A DNA stretch of 64,000 nucleotides from Candidatus Salsuginivita brisbanensis (GTDB taxonomy: Bacteria > Verrucomicrobiota > Verrucomicrobiia > Opitutales > Opitutaceae). Position numbers and translations under genes: made by a program. The DNA lies in contig JAYQOU010000002.1 of the NCBI GenBank assembly GCA_038144975.1, forward strand, positions 1,700 through 65,699, read 5' to 3'. Below, in pieces: positions 53,434 through 62,558 of the stretch. The first letter of the stretch is position 1; each line of letters begins with the position of its first letter. The notes under the pieces are model-generated. The model saw only the letters and a program-made list of their open reading frames with translations. It had not been told where the DNA came from and searched no databases.

Positions 53434-53475
53434 GTATTACGTGACAATGCATGGGGCGGACTCTGGGGACACAGG

Positions 53476-54147
53476 TCATGACTTTGGCTCGAGGCGTTGC
53501 AGGATGGGAGCGGTCATGAGGTCCACGACGGCATCGACGCCGGTGTGGGTGGTGTCGATGGCCGTTGCCCCGGGCGGGCAGGCCAGCGGCGAGACCGTGC
53601 GGACGGTGTCGAGTCGGTCCCGCTCGACGATCGCGTCCTGGCGTCCCTCTTCCGCGCGGCGGCGGGCGCGCTCGACAGGATCGGCATGAAGGAAGTATCG
53701 AAAATCCGCGTTCGGAAAGATCACCGAGCCGATGTCGCGCCCTTCCATCACGAGCCCGCGGAATCCGTTCTTCAGGGCGACGTCGGCCTGGCCGCGCTGG
53801 TAGGCGAGCAGGGCGTTGCGCACCTCCGGGATCGCGGCGAAGTGGGACACGGCATCGTTCACCGCGCGGCCGCGGATCTCGTCCTCCGACGGGATGCGGC
53901 CGTCGATCTCGATGCGCGCGGAGCGGCCCTCGATCCGTGTGCCGAGCCGGATCCCCTTGAGTGCCGCGCGGATGCCCTCTGCATCGGAGGCCGCCACGCC
54001 CCGGCGCAGGAACTCCGCCGTGAACGCGCGGTAGAACGAACCTGTGTCGACATGCAGCAGGTGGAAGCGTTCGCTGAGCCGGCGCGCGGTCGTCGACTTG
54101 CCGGAGGCGGCTCCGCCATCGATGGCGATGATCACGAAAGGCTGCAT
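53476..54147 (-). CDS. cmk: (d)CMP kinase
   Basis: 'IIAIDGGAASGKSTTARRLS' P-loop, 'HVDTGSFYR' and 'LVMEGRDIGSVIFP'. Confidence 0.93.
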   Translation of the reverse strand: MQPFVIIAIDGGAASGKSTTARRLSERFHLLHVDTGSFYRAFTAEFLRRGVAASDAEGIRAALKGIRLGTRIEGRSARIEIDGRIPSEDEIRGRAVNDAVSHFAAIPEVRNALLAYQRGQADVALKNGFRGLVMEGRDIGSVIFPNADFRYFLHADPVERARRRAEEGRQDAIVERDRLDTVRTVSPLACPPGATAIDTTHTGVDAVVDLMTAPILQRLEPKS

Positions 54148-54150
54148 TTT

Positions 54151-54266
54151 TTAACCGCTGATGGACGCTAATTCCCGCTAATTGGATGTGTGCGGGGAGA
54201 CAAGTAGTCTGGTTTCGAACCGGAGTCGGATCCCATGAGCGGCAATCGGCGTGAATCAGCGGTTCG
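54151..54266. repeat. G+C-richer miniature R4-type element
   Basis: The termini 'aaccgctgat' (54153-54162) and 'atcagcggtt' (54255-54264) are inverted. It has 'gctaattcccgctaattgg' (compare 'gcactaattgg' at 16570) and a central near-palindrome 'ggtttcgaacc'. The right terminus contains the aroA stop codon. Confidence 0.6.
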
Positions 54267-55614
54267 CCTTTTCTGCGGCTGAGTTCTTCCGGAGGTTTTC
54301 GAGCACGTCGAAGAAGGTCGGGTATGTCTTTGCGCAGCAGGCGGGGTCCTTGATCGAGAGCCAGGGGCTGCCGTCGCCGTTCAGGTCGTGGCACCCGAGG
54401 ATGGCAAAGCTCATTGCGAAACGGTGGTCTCCGTGGGAATAGACCGTGACGCCGGCCCGCAATGGCCGCGGAGTTATCGTGAGCGCACCGTCTTCCTCGG
54501 CGACCTCCTGGCCGAGCTTACGCAGTTCCGCTGCCATGCCGGCGATGCGATCCGTCTCCTGGCGACGCGTGTGTGCGATGCCGGTGATTCGTGTCGGTCC
54601 CTTAAGCAGCGGCGCGATGGCAGCGAGCGTGAGGAATGTGTCGGAGAACTCGCGGAAGTTCGCGTCGATTCCCTTTCGGGATGGGCCGGCGGAAAACACC
54701 TGGCCGGTTGCGTTGCGGCTCAGTGGGGCGATGAGGCCCGATTGCTCGAGCAGCATGGCGAACGCGGTGTCACCCTGGAGGGGACGATCGATTCCGTAGC
54801 CGGGAATCTCCAGGCTGCCACCGGCGACGAGCGGCAGTGCGACGAAGTAGCTCGCGCTGGAGGCGTCGCCTTCGACCGAAAAGGTGTCGCCCGTGCAGGC
54901 ATAGGCGCGCTGGGGAGTCACGCGGAAGCGCATCGGATCCTTCTGCATCGAAACGCCCTCAAGGCCGAAGCGGCGCATCATCGACAAGGTCATCTCGGCG
55001 AAGGAGGCGCGCACGGCGTTGTCGGCCACGGCGACCTCGACCGGACCGCTGGCGCGCGGGGCGACCATGAGCAGGGCGGAAAGCAGCTGGCTGCTCTCGC
55101 GCGCGTCGACGGTCACGCTGCCGCCATTGAGTCCGTGCGACCGGACCTCCACCGGCAGGAAACCGTCCCCGCCGAGGCAGCGGATATCCGCACCGAGCGC
55201 GCGGAGCGCGTCAATCAGTCCGCGCATGGGCCGACGCCGCATCTGTGGCGTACCGTCGATCTGCCAGGTGCCGCGCGGCGCGGCGGCGCAAAGTGCGGTG
55301 AGGAAACGGGCGGCGGTGCCGGCGAGCCCGACTTCGAGCTTGGCGCTCGAATCCGGGAAAGCCTTGTCCTGTCCGGAAACCCGCAGGGTCGTTGCACCAT
55401 CGGAGGCATCGACCTTGTAGCCGAGTTGGCGCAGCGCCTCGGCCATCAGGCGGGTGTCCTCGCTGTCGAGTGCCCCGTTAAGCGTGACAGGTCGGTCGCA
55501 GAGTGCGGCCAGCAGCAGCGCGCGGTTGGTCAGGCTCTTTGAGCCGGGCGGCGTGACGATTCCCCTCGCCGGACGGGTGAACGGCTGAATCGGCAGGATG
55601 TCGGGCAGCGCCAT
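54256..55614 (-). CDS. aroA: 3-phosphoshikimate 1-carboxyvinyltransferase (EPSP synthase)
   Basis: 'PGSKSLTNRALLLAAL' and 'LEVGLAGTAARFL', with EPSP synthase length and layout. Confidence 0.95.
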   Translation of the reverse strand: MALPDILPIQPFTRPARGIVTPPGSKSLTNRALLLAALCDRPVTLNGALDSEDTRLMAEALRQLGYKVDASDGATTLRVSGQDKAFPDSSAKLEVGLAGTAARFLTALCAAAPRGTWQIDGTPQMRRRPMRGLIDALRALGADIRCLGGDGFLPVEVRSHGLNGGSVTVDARESSQLLSALLMVAPRASGPVEVAVADNAVRASFAEMTLSMMRRFGLEGVSMQKDPMRFRVTPQRAYACTGDTFSVEGDASSASYFVALPLVAGGSLEIPGYGIDRPLQGDTAFAMLLEQSGLIAPLSRNATGQVFSAGPSRKGIDANFREFSDTFLTLAAIAPLLKGPTRITGIAHTRRQETDRIAGMAAELRKLGQEVAEEDGALTITPRPLRAGVTVYSHGDHRFAMSFAILGCHDLNGDGSPWLSIKDPACCAKTYPTFFDVLENLRKNSAAEKANR

Positions 55615-55681
55615 GGACCGGACATCGTCGGCGAGCGGAACCTAACCGCCAAGGAATTTTGTGACCGGGCCCATCGGGCTG

Positions 55682-56566
55682 CTATTTCCGCGGGGCGAAA
55701 AGGCGCAGTGCCAGCCACACCCAGCCACTGGGCAGGAAGCCGAAGGGTATGCGGCCCAGCATCAGCGCCCGCGTGAGCGACGCGGGGCGTTCGGGAAAGC
55801 GCGCGGCATAGGCCCGGGCATTGCGACTGGTGAAGAACCGCGCGGCCCAGCGTCCAAACCTTTGCCCCGGGAACTGCTCGCGGGCGATGCGGAGGCGCAG
55901 GAGATGGGTGAGGCGGATCATCCTGGGCCAGGCAGTTGCGGTCCACTGCTCGTCGGCGACCCGGTAGAACGCGCCGACCGCGCGCACGACCTCAATGTGC
56001 CCCGCAAGCGACAGGCGATACCAGAAATCGTAGTCGGCGAGCGGACCGGTGCGCTCGTCGAATCCGCCGATCCGAAGCGCGATCTCACGTGACACCAGGA
56101 CTCCCGGGAAGGGAGTCATCGAACTCTTGAGAAAATGGGCCGAGGGGTAGGGCCTGACGTCGGCCGGCAGGGCGGGTCTCGCAGGCGAGGGAAGGGTTGG
56201 ACCTGAGATCGTGCGCGTGCAGACGGCGGCGAGCCCGGGGCGCAGCCGTGGCAGCACGAGATCGAGGTACCAGGGGAAGAGGGCGTCGTCCTCGTGAAGC
56301 ACCATGACCCAGCTGCCCCGGGCGGCGCGCAGGCAGGCGTTCCAGTTTCCGACCGGACCGAGACGCGTTGCGTTTGGCGCGTGACGGAACCGGTCCGGGG
56401 GAAATCGTGCGACAACGGCTGCGGTTTCGGGATATCCTCCGTCGTCGCAGACAACGACCTCGAAATCCCGCGTGGCGGTCTGCGACTCGATGCTTGAGAG
56501 CGCTTCGGCGAGCAGGGCGGGGCGGTTCCAGGCCGGGATGCAGAAGCTGATCAGCGGGGCGGCCAT
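55682..56566 (-). CDS. glycosyltransferase family 2
   Basis: 'ISFCIPAWNRPALLAEALSSIESQT...FEVVVCDDGG' and 'VLHEDD'. The start is set at the ATG at complement 56564-56566; the listed ORF runs on into the GT9 gene. Confidence 0.85.
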   Translation of the reverse strand: MAAPLISFCIPAWNRPALLAEALSSIESQTATRDFEVVVCDDGGYPETAAVVARFPPDRFRHAPNATRLGPVGNWNACLRAARGSWVMVLHEDDALFPWYLDLVLPRLRPGLAAVCTRTISGPTLPSPARPALPADVRPYPSAHFLKSSMTPFPGVLVSREIALRIGGFDERTGPLADYDFWYRLSLAGHIEVVRAVGAFYRVADEQWTATAWPRMIRLTHLLRLRIAREQFPGQRFGRWAARFFTSRNARAYAARFPERPASLTRALMLGRIPFGFLPSGWVWLALRLFAPRK

Positions 56567-56570
56567 GGGT

Positions 56571-57614
56571 TCACTTTGCCGAAAGGACCTGTCGCAGGGC
56601 GTCGAATGCGCGATCGGCCGGGATATTGCGCACGCAATGGTTATTGTAGGAGTCGCCCGGCACGCAGACATCCGGAGTCGGGCAGGCCGTGCATGGCAGG
56701 GGCGGGCGCAGGACGACGTGGCGCGGGCCGACCGGTCCCCAGACGGCTGCGTTCTGCGAGCCGAAGAGCGCGACGACGGGCGTGCCGACCGCGGCGGCGA
56801 CGTGCATCGGGCCGCTGTCATGGCACAGCATGGCATCGAAGCGGGAGGCGAGAGCGGCGAATGCGCCGATCTCCAGGGGGGCATTGAGCGCGACGATGTG
56901 CGACTGCGCCTTGTCGCGAATCGCCGACACCAGGTCCTGTTCCCCAGGTCCGGCCACGAGGAACACCTGTGCGCCGAGATCGTCCTGAAGCCTGTCGCAG
57001 ACGGCGGCAAACCGTTCGACTGGCCACAGGCGATGGCGGCTGCGCGTGCCGGGGTGCACGAGCAGGCGGCGCACGCCGTGTTGTGCAGCGCCTCCGCCGA
57101 GGAGACGGTCTGCCGACTCGAGATCCTCTTTCCAGGGCACGAGGCGAAACTCGCGGGTGGTCACTGGCACCTCAGCCGTGGCGAGCAGCGACAACTGGCT
57201 GTCGACGATGGATTGCTTCTCGTAGTCGGCAGACTGCACCAGTGCCGAATGCGTGTACCAGCCCGGGAGATGCCGGCGGACGTTCTCGAGAAAGAGGACG
57301 GCCCGAAAACTTGCGCCGGTGAGGCGGGCGACCAACGCCGTGCGCGCGGTGTTGTCGATATCGAACACATGGGTGAAGCGTTCCGCGCGCAGGCGCCTGA
57401 CGAAAGGAGGCCAGCACAGCGGACCCTCGGGCAAGGTCATCACGGCATCGACATCTGGGTTGAGGCCGACGACGGCAGCGGGCCCGGGTTCTGTCGCGAC
57501 CACCAGGCGCGCCCCGGGTCGGTGGCGTCTCAGGTTGGCCAGAAATGCACCAAGCAGGACCAGGTCACCGATGTAGCGCCGCCGGATGACGAGGATGCGG
57601 GGATCGGGCGGCAT
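56571..57614 (-). CDS. glycosyltransferase family 9 (LPS heptosyltransferase-like)
   Basis: 'ILVIRRRYIGDLVLLGAFLANLR' and the C-terminal 'CHDSGPMHVAAAVGTPVVALFG' are GT9 hallmarks. Confidence 0.88.
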   Translation of the reverse strand: MPPDPRILVIRRRYIGDLVLLGAFLANLRRHRPGARLVVATEPGPAAVVGLNPDVDAVMTLPEGPLCWPPFVRRLRAERFTHVFDIDNTARTALVARLTGASFRAVLFLENVRRHLPGWYTHSALVQSADYEKQSIVDSQLSLLATAEVPVTTREFRLVPWKEDLESADRLLGGGAAQHGVRRLLVHPGTRSRHRLWPVERFAAVCDRLQDDLGAQVFLVAGPGEQDLVSAIRDKAQSHIVALNAPLEIGAFAALASRFDAMLCHDSGPMHVAAAVGTPVVALFGSQNAAVWGPVGPRHVVLRPPLPCTACPTPDVCVPGDSYNNHCVRNIPADRAFDALRQVLSAK

Positions 57615-57668
57615 GGCAGATTCGGTTCGCGCGGTGGGTGCTCTACCCGTAGGTACTCACATGAACCA

Positions 57669-58331
57669 ATGCAATATTCACCTCCCGCCTGGCTCCCGGC
57701 AACGGAGCGCGGACGCCGCACCGACTACTATGCGCATCTTCGCGCCGAGGTGATCGAGGCGATCCCCGACGGCTGTGGCACGGTGATCGATGTCGGCTGC
57801 GGCAAGGGTACGCTCGGGCGCTGGCTTAAGGAGCAGGGCGTGGGAACCGTCTGGGGGGTGGAGCTGTTCCCCTCTGCGGGAGAGGAGGCGCGGCAATGGC
57901 TGGACCAGGTGGTCGTAGGGAACATCGAGCAGACGGAGCTGCCGTTCCCGGAGAAGTCGGTGGACTGCATCATCTGCGCCGACGTGCTCGAGCACACGGC
58001 CGATCCCTGGACCGTCGTAAAGCGACTCAAGGCGCTGTTGCGTCCGGGCGGTTGCATCGTGGCGAGCATCCCGAACGTCGGGTTTCACCGGAACATCAGG
58101 CGGATGCTGCGTGGCAAGTGGCGGTACACGGACGAGGGCCTGCTGGACCGCACGCACCTGAGATTTTTCACGCTGGAGACGATCGAGGAGCTATTCGAAA
58201 GCCAGGGCATGCGAATTGAGGCGGTGTTCAAGCGCGTGGATGCGGGCTGGAACATACGGCTGCTGAATGCGCTGCTGTTCGGGTATCTCCGGCACACGCT
58301 GTACCTGCACTACGTGGTGCGGGCGCGGTGA
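57669..58331 (+). CDS. class I SAM-dependent methyltransferase
   Basis: 'VIDVGCGKGTLGRWL', 'VDCIICADVLEHTADP' and 'LRPGGCIVASIPN'. The start is ATG 57669. The listed 619-aa ORF is antisense read-through of the GT genes. Confidence 0.82.
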   Translation: MQYSPPAWLPATERGRRTDYYAHLRAEVIEAIPDGCGTVIDVGCGKGTLGRWLKEQGVGTVWGVELFPSAGEEARQWLDQVVVGNIEQTELPFPEKSVDCIICADVLEHTADPWTVVKRLKALLRPGGCIVASIPNVGFHRNIRRMLRGKWRYTDEGLLDRTHLRFFTLETIEELFESQGMRIEAVFKRVDAGWNIRLLNALLFGYLRHTLYLHYVVRAR

Positions 58332-58378
58332 GCTATGTAGCTCGCCCTGGGGAGGGCGGGATCGGTTTTCCGATCTCA

Positions 58379-58407
58379 GGCGGACGACCTGGCAGGTCGT
58401 CCCTACC
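58379..58407. repeat. R2 palindrome
   Basis: 'ggcggacgacctggcaggtcgtccctacc'. The CCCTACC end contains the msbA-like TAG stop (complement 58403-58405). It is preceded by the small hairpin 'gatcggttttccgatc' (58360-58375). Confidence 0.8.
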
Positions 58408-60151
58408 TCATGGCTCCGTCCCCCGACTGCCTGTCGTACAGCGACCGGTAGAGCGGGTTCGAGGCGTAGAGCACTGCATGGGTGCCGCGGGCGATGACCT
58501 CGCCCTTGTCGAAGACGAGGATCATCGAGGCGTTGCGGATCGTGCTGAAGCGATGGGCGATGATCAGCACGGTCTTGCCGACAACGAGTTTCTGGAGGGC
58601 CACCTGGATGGCCGCCTCACTGTCGGAGTCGAGCGCGCTGGTTGCCTCGTCGAGGATCAGGATCGGCGCGTTGCGCAGGAAGGCGCGCGCGATGGCGAGC
58701 CGCTGCTTCTGTCCGCCCGACAGCAGGCCGCCCCGCTCGCCCGCCTTGGTGTCGTAGCCATCCGGCAGGGCGCTGATGAAATCGTGCGCGAAGGCATCCT
58801 TGGCCGCCTGAATGACCTCCTGGCGCGTGGCGTCGGGCCGACCGAGCAGCAGGTTGTTGTACAGGGTGTCGTCGAAGAGCACGGGCTCCTGGGAAACCAG
58901 GGCGATGTTTCGACGGAGGTCGTCGAGCCGCATCGAGCGCACGTCGATGCCGTCGATCGTGATTTTTCCCGCAACTGTGTCGTAGAAGCGCGGCACGAGA
59001 TTCGCGAAGGTCGACTTGCCGGCGCCGCTGGGGCCCACGAGCGCGCAGACGGCACCGGCGGGAACCTCGGCGGACACGCTGCGCAGCACAGTCTGTCCCT
59101 CGACGTAGGAAAAGTTGACGTCGGCAAACGCGATGTCGCCGCGGAGGCGGTCGACCTTCGCCGGGGAATCGGGATCGGTGATTGTGACCGGCTCGTGCAG
59201 CACGGCCTCGAGCCGGTCGAGGGCGGCGATGCCGCGCTTCATCTCGTTGTTGAGCGAGCCGAGCTTCTTGATCGGCTCGTAGCTCATGAAGAGTGCGGTT
59301 ATGATCGCGGTAAATGTCTCGAGCGTCACGCCGCGCTGCCAGGCGAAGATCAATGTGACGCCGACGCCGACCGAGGAGATGACCTCGATGGACGGGGTGA
59401 GCGACTGGGCGTACTTCACGATCTTCATCTGCGAGCGCACGAGCGCGTCGGAGGCCGAGCGGAAGCGCCCGATCTCGCGCTCCTCGAGTCCGAAGGCGCG
59501 GACCTCGCGGGCGGCGGACAGGTTTTCTGAGAAGCGGGTGGTCACCTCGCCGATCTGGGCCTGGTACTGGCCGGCGCGGCGCATCACCTTGCGGCCTACG
59601 TAGCGGATGGGGAAGACAACCAGCGGGACGGCAGCGAGCGTCACGAGGACGAGTTGCACGTCGCGGTCCCCGAAGGCGGTCCAGGCGAGGAAACCGATCG
59701 CGCCCAGCAATTGCATGGGCTGCTTGAAACCGTCGTTTGCAAGCAATGTGAGGGTGAACTGGAGCTGAGAAGTGTCGGCCAGGCCGCGCGAGAGCAGGTC
59801 GCCGCTGGACTTGCGCTGGAGGAAGGCGAGGGGGAGCCGCTGCAGTTTTGCGAAGTAGTCGACCCGAATGGCCTCGAGAATCCGCGTTCCCGCAAGCTGG
59901 GTGAAGTAGCTGTTGAGAAAGCCCGCGAGGCCGCGCACGAGGAATACGGCGGGTATTGCTGTGGCCACGAGCACGACGGCCAACACCTCGCGCTCGACCT
60001 CGCTGCTGAAAATCCAGGGGAAGACGTACTTCGGCAGGGCGGGAATCGCGGCTCCGCTGAATAGTCCGTAGACCAGCGCCGCCAGGATCGCCACGGCTAT
60101 GGGGCCGCGGACCTGCGCGAAGTAGCGGAAGTAGGGACGGATGCGGCGCAT
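58403..60151 (-). CDS. ABC transporter ATP-binding/permease protein, MsbA-like lipid exporter
   Basis: Six-TM ABC exporter domain followed by an NBD with 'GPSGAGKST', 'LSGGQKQRLAIARA' and 'ILILDEATSALD'. The start is set at ATG 60151 ('MRRIRPYFRY'). Confidence 0.88.
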   Translation of the reverse strand: MRRIRPYFRYFAQVRGPIAVAILAALVYGLFSGAAIPALPKYVFPWIFSSEVEREVLAVVLVATAIPAVFLVRGLAGFLNSYFTQLAGTRILEAIRVDYFAKLQRLPLAFLQRKSSGDLLSRGLADTSQLQFTLTLLANDGFKQPMQLLGAIGFLAWTAFGDRDVQLVLVTLAAVPLVVFPIRYVGRKVMRRAGQYQAQIGEVTTRFSENLSAAREVRAFGLEEREIGRFRSASDALVRSQMKIVKYAQSLTPSIEVISSVGVGVTLIFAWQRGVTLETFTAIITALFMSYEPIKKLGSLNNEMKRGIAALDRLEAVLHEPVTITDPDSPAKVDRLRGDIAFADVNFSYVEGQTVLRSVSAEVPAGAVCALVGPSGAGKSTFANLVPRFYDTVAGKITIDGIDVRSMRLDDLRRNIALVSQEPVLFDDTLYNNLLLGRPDATRQEVIQAAKDAFAHDFISALPDGYDTKAGERGGLLSGGQKQRLAIARAFLRNAPILILDEATSALDSDSEAAIQVALQKLVVGKTVLIIAHRFSTIRNASMILVFDKGEVIARGTHAVLYASNPLYRSLYDRQSGDGAMR

Positions 60152-60310
60152 CGGCAACCGGAGGCTGGACGGAAACCTGTGGGCGCGGAAGCGCGGAATT
60201 GGAGGGTTAAAAGAGAGGCGGCTACCAGTGCGCGGCGCAAAATCCGGCATTCGAACCTACGGAGCCCTCAGAGGGTCGCAGGCTGCGGCTCCAGTGCCTG
60301 CTGAGGCTGT

Positions 60311-60958
60311 TTATGTGTCGAGCAGCAAGGATGAGACATCAGTGATCCGGTCCAAAACTTTGGCTGCGCCAGAAAAGTTTGCCGTCCGGGTGAGTTCCGA
60401 AGGGACGATCCAACAATCGAGTTCCGCAGCCCGGGCCGCAATAAGTCCACGAAGAGCGTCTTCTATCGCGAGGCATTTGCCGACAGGCAGCCCGCTGCGG
60501 GCAATTGCTGCGCGATATGGATCGGGTGCCGGCTTGCTTCGTGCGTAGTCCTCGAGCGTCACCGCAAAGTCAAAGAATTCCAGCAGCTCTGTACGGCGAT
60601 GAATCGCCTCGAAATGGTCGCGGCGAGAGCTTGTGACGATTCCCATAACAAAGTGTGGCCGCAATGCCGCGAGTGTTTCTCGAACCCCGACGATGGTGAT
60701 CACCTCATTCTCAAGCATGCGCATATAACGCTCGTTTCGGCTGTCGCGCATCATGGCGACATCGGACTCGCCCAGTCCGTGCGCAGAAGCCAGCCGCGAA
60801 GTACCATTGGAACTCGATAGAAAGTGTTCAAAATACAATTCGACAGAAAGATCGACGCCGACTCTGGCGAATACCTCTCGCGTGGCCTGAAAATACAAAC
60901 GCTCCGTATCGACGAGAACTCCGTCGTTATCCCAAAGTATCGCTCGGTAATCTGTCAC
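60311..60958 (-). CDS. HAD family hydrolase (beta-phosphoglucomutase/phosphatase-like subfamily IA)
   Basis: 'AILWDNDGVLVDTE' (DxDG motif), 'GIVTSS' and 'CLAIEDALRG'. Many A/T-ending codons make it atypical for this genome. GTG start. Confidence 0.85.
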   Translation of the reverse strand: MTDYRAILWDNDGVLVDTERLYFQATREVFARVGVDLSVELYFEHFLSSSNGTSRLASAHGLGESDVAMMRDSRNERYMRMLENEVITIVGVRETLAALRPHFVMGIVTSSRRDHFEAIHRRTELLEFFDFAVTLEDYARSKPAPDPYRAAIARSGLPVGKCLAIEDALRGLIAARAAELDCWIVPSELTRTANFSGAAKVLDRITDVSSLLLDT

Positions 60959-60991
60959 GATTCCGTCAGTTCGAATTGCTGAGCACTGGCT

Positions 60992-61285
60992 TTAGAAATC
61001 GGACCATGGCAGTTGGTATGCCTCCCACAGGAGAGCTGTCGCGAGACAAACCGGTCCAGCTGCGGAAACGATTATCGCCGCGACCGCGAGCGAATGCTTC
61101 TTTTCCTTGGTAGCCAAGGAACGCAGGGCGAACAGTATTCCAATCCCCGAGCACATCAGACCCAAACCGAGCGCATCGACGCCAAGGCGCCCACGAACCG
61201 AATGGGAAATGAACACGCCCGCAGATACCGCGCCGCAGATGATGGCGATCTTCCCGCGAGATAATGCATCAGGGAGGAGTTCCAT
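60992..61285 (-). CDS. small hypothetical membrane protein
   Basis: Three hydrophobic segments ('IAIICGAVSAGVFI', 'LGLGLMCSGIGILFAL', 'LAVAAIIVSAAGPVCLATALL'). The start is tentatively ATG 61285. Confidence 0.45.
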   Translation of the reverse strand: MELLPDALSRGKIAIICGAVSAGVFISHSVRGRLGVDALGLGLMCSGIGILFALRSLATKEKKHSLAVAAIIVSAAGPVCLATALLWEAYQLPWSDF

Positions 61286-61365
61286 GTGTTTCGGCTGCCC
61301 AACGTTTGGATATCGGAGACTCAAGTTACCAGGGGTGCGCTACACTGGTTGGCTGGCCGCGTCTT

Positions 61366-61743
61366 TCATTTCTGCCCAAACCCATCGCCCTCGCGCATGA
61401 GCTCGATCCGATTCCCGAACGGATCGGCGGTGTAGAAACGCCGGCGACCCGGGAGGGCTTCGTCCCAAATAACGGGATATCCGGACTCCTTGAGGCGAGC
61501 CGCGCTGCGCTCGATGTCGCTGGCCGTGAACGCCGGGTGGGCCTTCTTCTGAGGCGTGAATTCCTTCTCAACGCCGAGGTGAAGGATGACGCTTCCGCCT
61601 CGGAACCAGCATCCGCCGCGGCTGGCGAGCGGCTCCGGCTTCTCCTCTTCGGTCATCCCAAGCAGGCCGGCAAAGAAGGCGCGTGCCTTCGCCTCTTCGC
61701 CGGGAGGCATCGCCAACTGCACATGGTCGAGGCGCGTGATCAT
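61366..61743 (-). CDS. VOC family protein (glyoxalase/bleomycin resistance/dioxygenase fold)
   Basis: 'LDHVQLAMPPGEEAKARAFFAGLLGM' and the C-terminal 'FYTADPFGNRIEL'. Confidence 0.85.
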   Translation of the reverse strand: MITRLDHVQLAMPPGEEAKARAFFAGLLGMTEEEKPEPLASRGGCWFRGGSVILHLGVEKEFTPQKKAHPAFTASDIERSAARLKESGYPVIWDEALPGRRRFYTADPFGNRIELMREGDGFGQK

Positions 61744-61795
61744 TATTCTTCGTCTAGCACTTTGTGCTCAGCCGCGAGCGCCGAGGGAGTCGCTC

Positions 61796-62539
61796 TCAGA
61801 ATCGGCGTCCGGCCGACAAAATCGCATGATGGAGCCATGCGAAGGTGTAGACGTCGTCGTTGTCGGCGCCTCCTTCAAGGGATCTGTAGCCCGTCTCCAG
61901 GTACCAACCGGACTCGAAACCATAGTGTATTTTGAATGCCGCATCTATGGCTCGTCCCATTGGGGACCATGCACCTTCGATGTCCACAATGGCAGATGCG
62001 CGGTCGTTGATCTGATACTCGGAGTAAAGATGCAGAAGCGGGACCACGCCGAGATCGTCGCGGGACTGCCTCTTGAATCCCTGTTCAAGCATGATGTCGG
62101 CATCACGAATCAGTACTGCCGCGCCGAAGCCCAGCCGCCAGCGGTCGTTGTCACGAAACGTCCATCGGTATGTAAGCCGGTAAGTGTTGAACTTGTAGGT
62201 TCCCTTTGTGGCCAAACCCGCCGTGAAGACGTCATTCTCGAATTTCACATCCTGGCTCAGTCTGCCGGTTCCATCGACGGTCAGTGGAGCAAGTGTGAGA
62301 CGGAGCGAATGACGGTCATTGAAGTCGTAGGTTGCGTAGAGGCGAAAGTAGGGGTCGGGCCCGGTGCCGGTCAGGTCCATCATGTCGAACCTCGTGCCGC
62401 TGTTACCCGGAATGCGCGTGTCGTTTCTGCTGAACCAGACGCCGCCGCTCTCGATTCTCAAGTCGAGTCCCTCGGCCGCGCGGGACAACGTTGCGCTGAA
62501 TAGAACGCCGAGCAGGCAGAGGATGGTAAGGATTCGCAT
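61796..62539 (-). CDS. outer membrane beta-barrel protein (hypothetical)
   Basis: Signal peptide 'MRILTILCLLGVLFSATLSRAAEG'. The sequence shows an alternating amphipathic strand pattern with aromatic girdle residues, and the C-terminal residue is Phe ('SAGRRF'). Confidence 0.6.
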   Translation of the reverse strand: MRILTILCLLGVLFSATLSRAAEGLDLRIESGGVWFSRNDTRIPGNSGTRFDMMDLTGTGPDPYFRLYATYDFNDRHSLRLTLAPLTVDGTGRLSQDVKFENDVFTAGLATKGTYKFNTYRLTYRWTFRDNDRWRLGFGAAVLIRDADIMLEQGFKRQSRDDLGVVPLLHLYSEYQINDRASAIVDIEGAWSPMGRAIDAAFKIHYGFESGWYLETGYRSLEGGADNDDVYTFAWLHHAILSAGRRF

Positions 62540-62558
62540 GTTGGAATTGTTCCGCGTT

